Assembly: GCA_965203295.1 (NCBI GenBank)
Contig: CBDBCZ010000015.1
Location: 992,001-1,056,000, forward strand
Direction of reading: 5' to 3'
Length of the DNA: 64,000 nt
From: Nitrospirales bacterium
GTDB lineage: Bacteria; Nitrospirota; Nitrospiria; Nitrospirales; UBA8639
Shown: one piece after another, positions 63,401-64,000 of the stretch
How the letters are laid out: the number at the start of each line of letters is the position of its first letter
Numbering within the stretch: position 1 is the first letter of the stretch
Notes under the pieces: model-generated
Databases searched by the model: none
Told to the model about the DNA's origin: nothing
The model's input: only the letters and a program-made list of their open reading frames with translations
Position numbers and translations under genes: made by a program

Positions 63401-64000
63401 CTGGTTATTCAAAGGCTTGTTTAGTTTGCTTGATGTTAGTCTGCAGATTAGGAAAGAAATATTTTATAGAAAATCGTTAGTTTTGTTTGTCTCTAGCAAT
63501 GACTTTTAGCCAAAGTAACTAGCTACCATTCATCTGACCCTTCCCAACTATTTAGGAAAAGAACTTGTTATTCAAAGGCTTGTTTAGTTTGAATGATGTT
63601 AGTCAGATACAATACATACTTAGGAAGTAAGGGTTTTGACTGAAAATTATCAGTTTTATTGGTCTCAGGCAAAGACTTTCAGTCAAACTAAGTAGCTACC
63701 ATTGATCTGACCATTCCCAAGTGTCTAGGAAAGAAATTGGTGTAAGATTTAATAGGTTTTTTAGTTTGAATGGTGTTAGTCGGATACAATACATGTTTAG
63801 GAAGTATCGATGTTCAAGAAAGGAACTGGTTATTCAAAGGCTTTTTTAGTTTAGTTGATGTTAGTTGAAGATTAGGAAAGGAGGATTTCATTGAAAATTG
63901 TTAGTTTTGTTGGTCTCAGGTAAAGACTTTCAGCCAATGTATCTAGCTACCATTGATCTGACCCCACCCAACTGTCTTGGAAAGGAACTGGTTTATGATT

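Larger units (their letters stand above)
1..64000 (+). repeat. Satellite DNA array of 163-bp (A) and 85-bp (B) monomers sharing a ~45-bp head, interrupted only by two MITEs; runs off both window ends
   Basis: Spacing of the TTATTCAAAGG anchor is 163 bp (1438 to 1601) or 85 bp (857 to 942). A body: TGAAGATTAGGAAAGAAGGATTTTATTGAAAATTGTTAGTTTTGTTGGTCTCTAGCAAAGACTTTAAGCCAAAGTAACTAGCTACCATTGATCTGACCCTTCCCAACTGTTTAGGAAAA. B body: AGATACAATACATGCTTAGGAAGTATCGATGTTCAAGAAAG. I saw no inverted monomer. Confidence 0.98.

Noticed and set aside
1..64000. CRISPR-like reading (constant ~45-bp head plus intervening sequence)
   Set aside because: The intervening sequences are only two or three recurring bodies, not unique spacers. 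There are no cas genes or leader, and the eukaryotic MITEs indicate a eukaryotic genome.
1..64000. Tandem RNA-gene array (5S rRNA, tRNA, snRNA, spliced leader) or telomeric repeat (frequent TTAGG)
   Set aside because: I recognise no Pol III A/B/C boxes, cloverleaf or known RNA sequence. TTAGG occurs singly within monomers, never in tandem. An Rfam search would be the formal test.
1..64000. A/B order as an information-bearing code
   Set aside because: The order is adequately explained by nested duplications and head-mediated deletions; nothing in the sequence indicates a readout mechanism.

Overview
This window is eukaryotic (probably animal) tandem satellite DNA. It has no credible protein-coding or RNA gene. 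About 98% is one head-to-tail, single-orientation array built from two monomers: A (163 bp) and B (85 bp). They share a ~45-bp head (GAACTGGTTATTCAAAGGCTTGTTTAGTTTGnnTGATGTTAGTC) and have different bodies, and they are strung in an irregular order in which the 248-bp A+B dimer is the commonest unit. A rare, diverged third monomer (C, ~177-186 bp) joins the start of B to the body of A. Monomer A itself resolves into three degenerate subrepeats of 59+57+47 bp. The array has grown by nested tandem duplications, with periods of 163, ~570, 1068, ~1.3-1.5 kb, 2184, ~3.8 kb and 10,160 bp. Two non-autonomous DNA transposons interrupt it: a 580-bp Tc1/mariner-superfamily (Tc2-like) MITE with a TA target duplication at 16805-17384, and a 601-bp piggyBac-type MITE with a TTAA target duplication at 19872-20472. 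Both lie in the same B subtype, 10 bp apart in monomer coordinates. The piggyBac MITE carries a compact cluster of E-box, X-box and AP-2-like motifs. All listed ORFs are judged spurious. I see no evidence of a new enzymatic system; the interest lies in satellite architecture and evolution and in the MITE cargo. All counts and offsets were made by eye.
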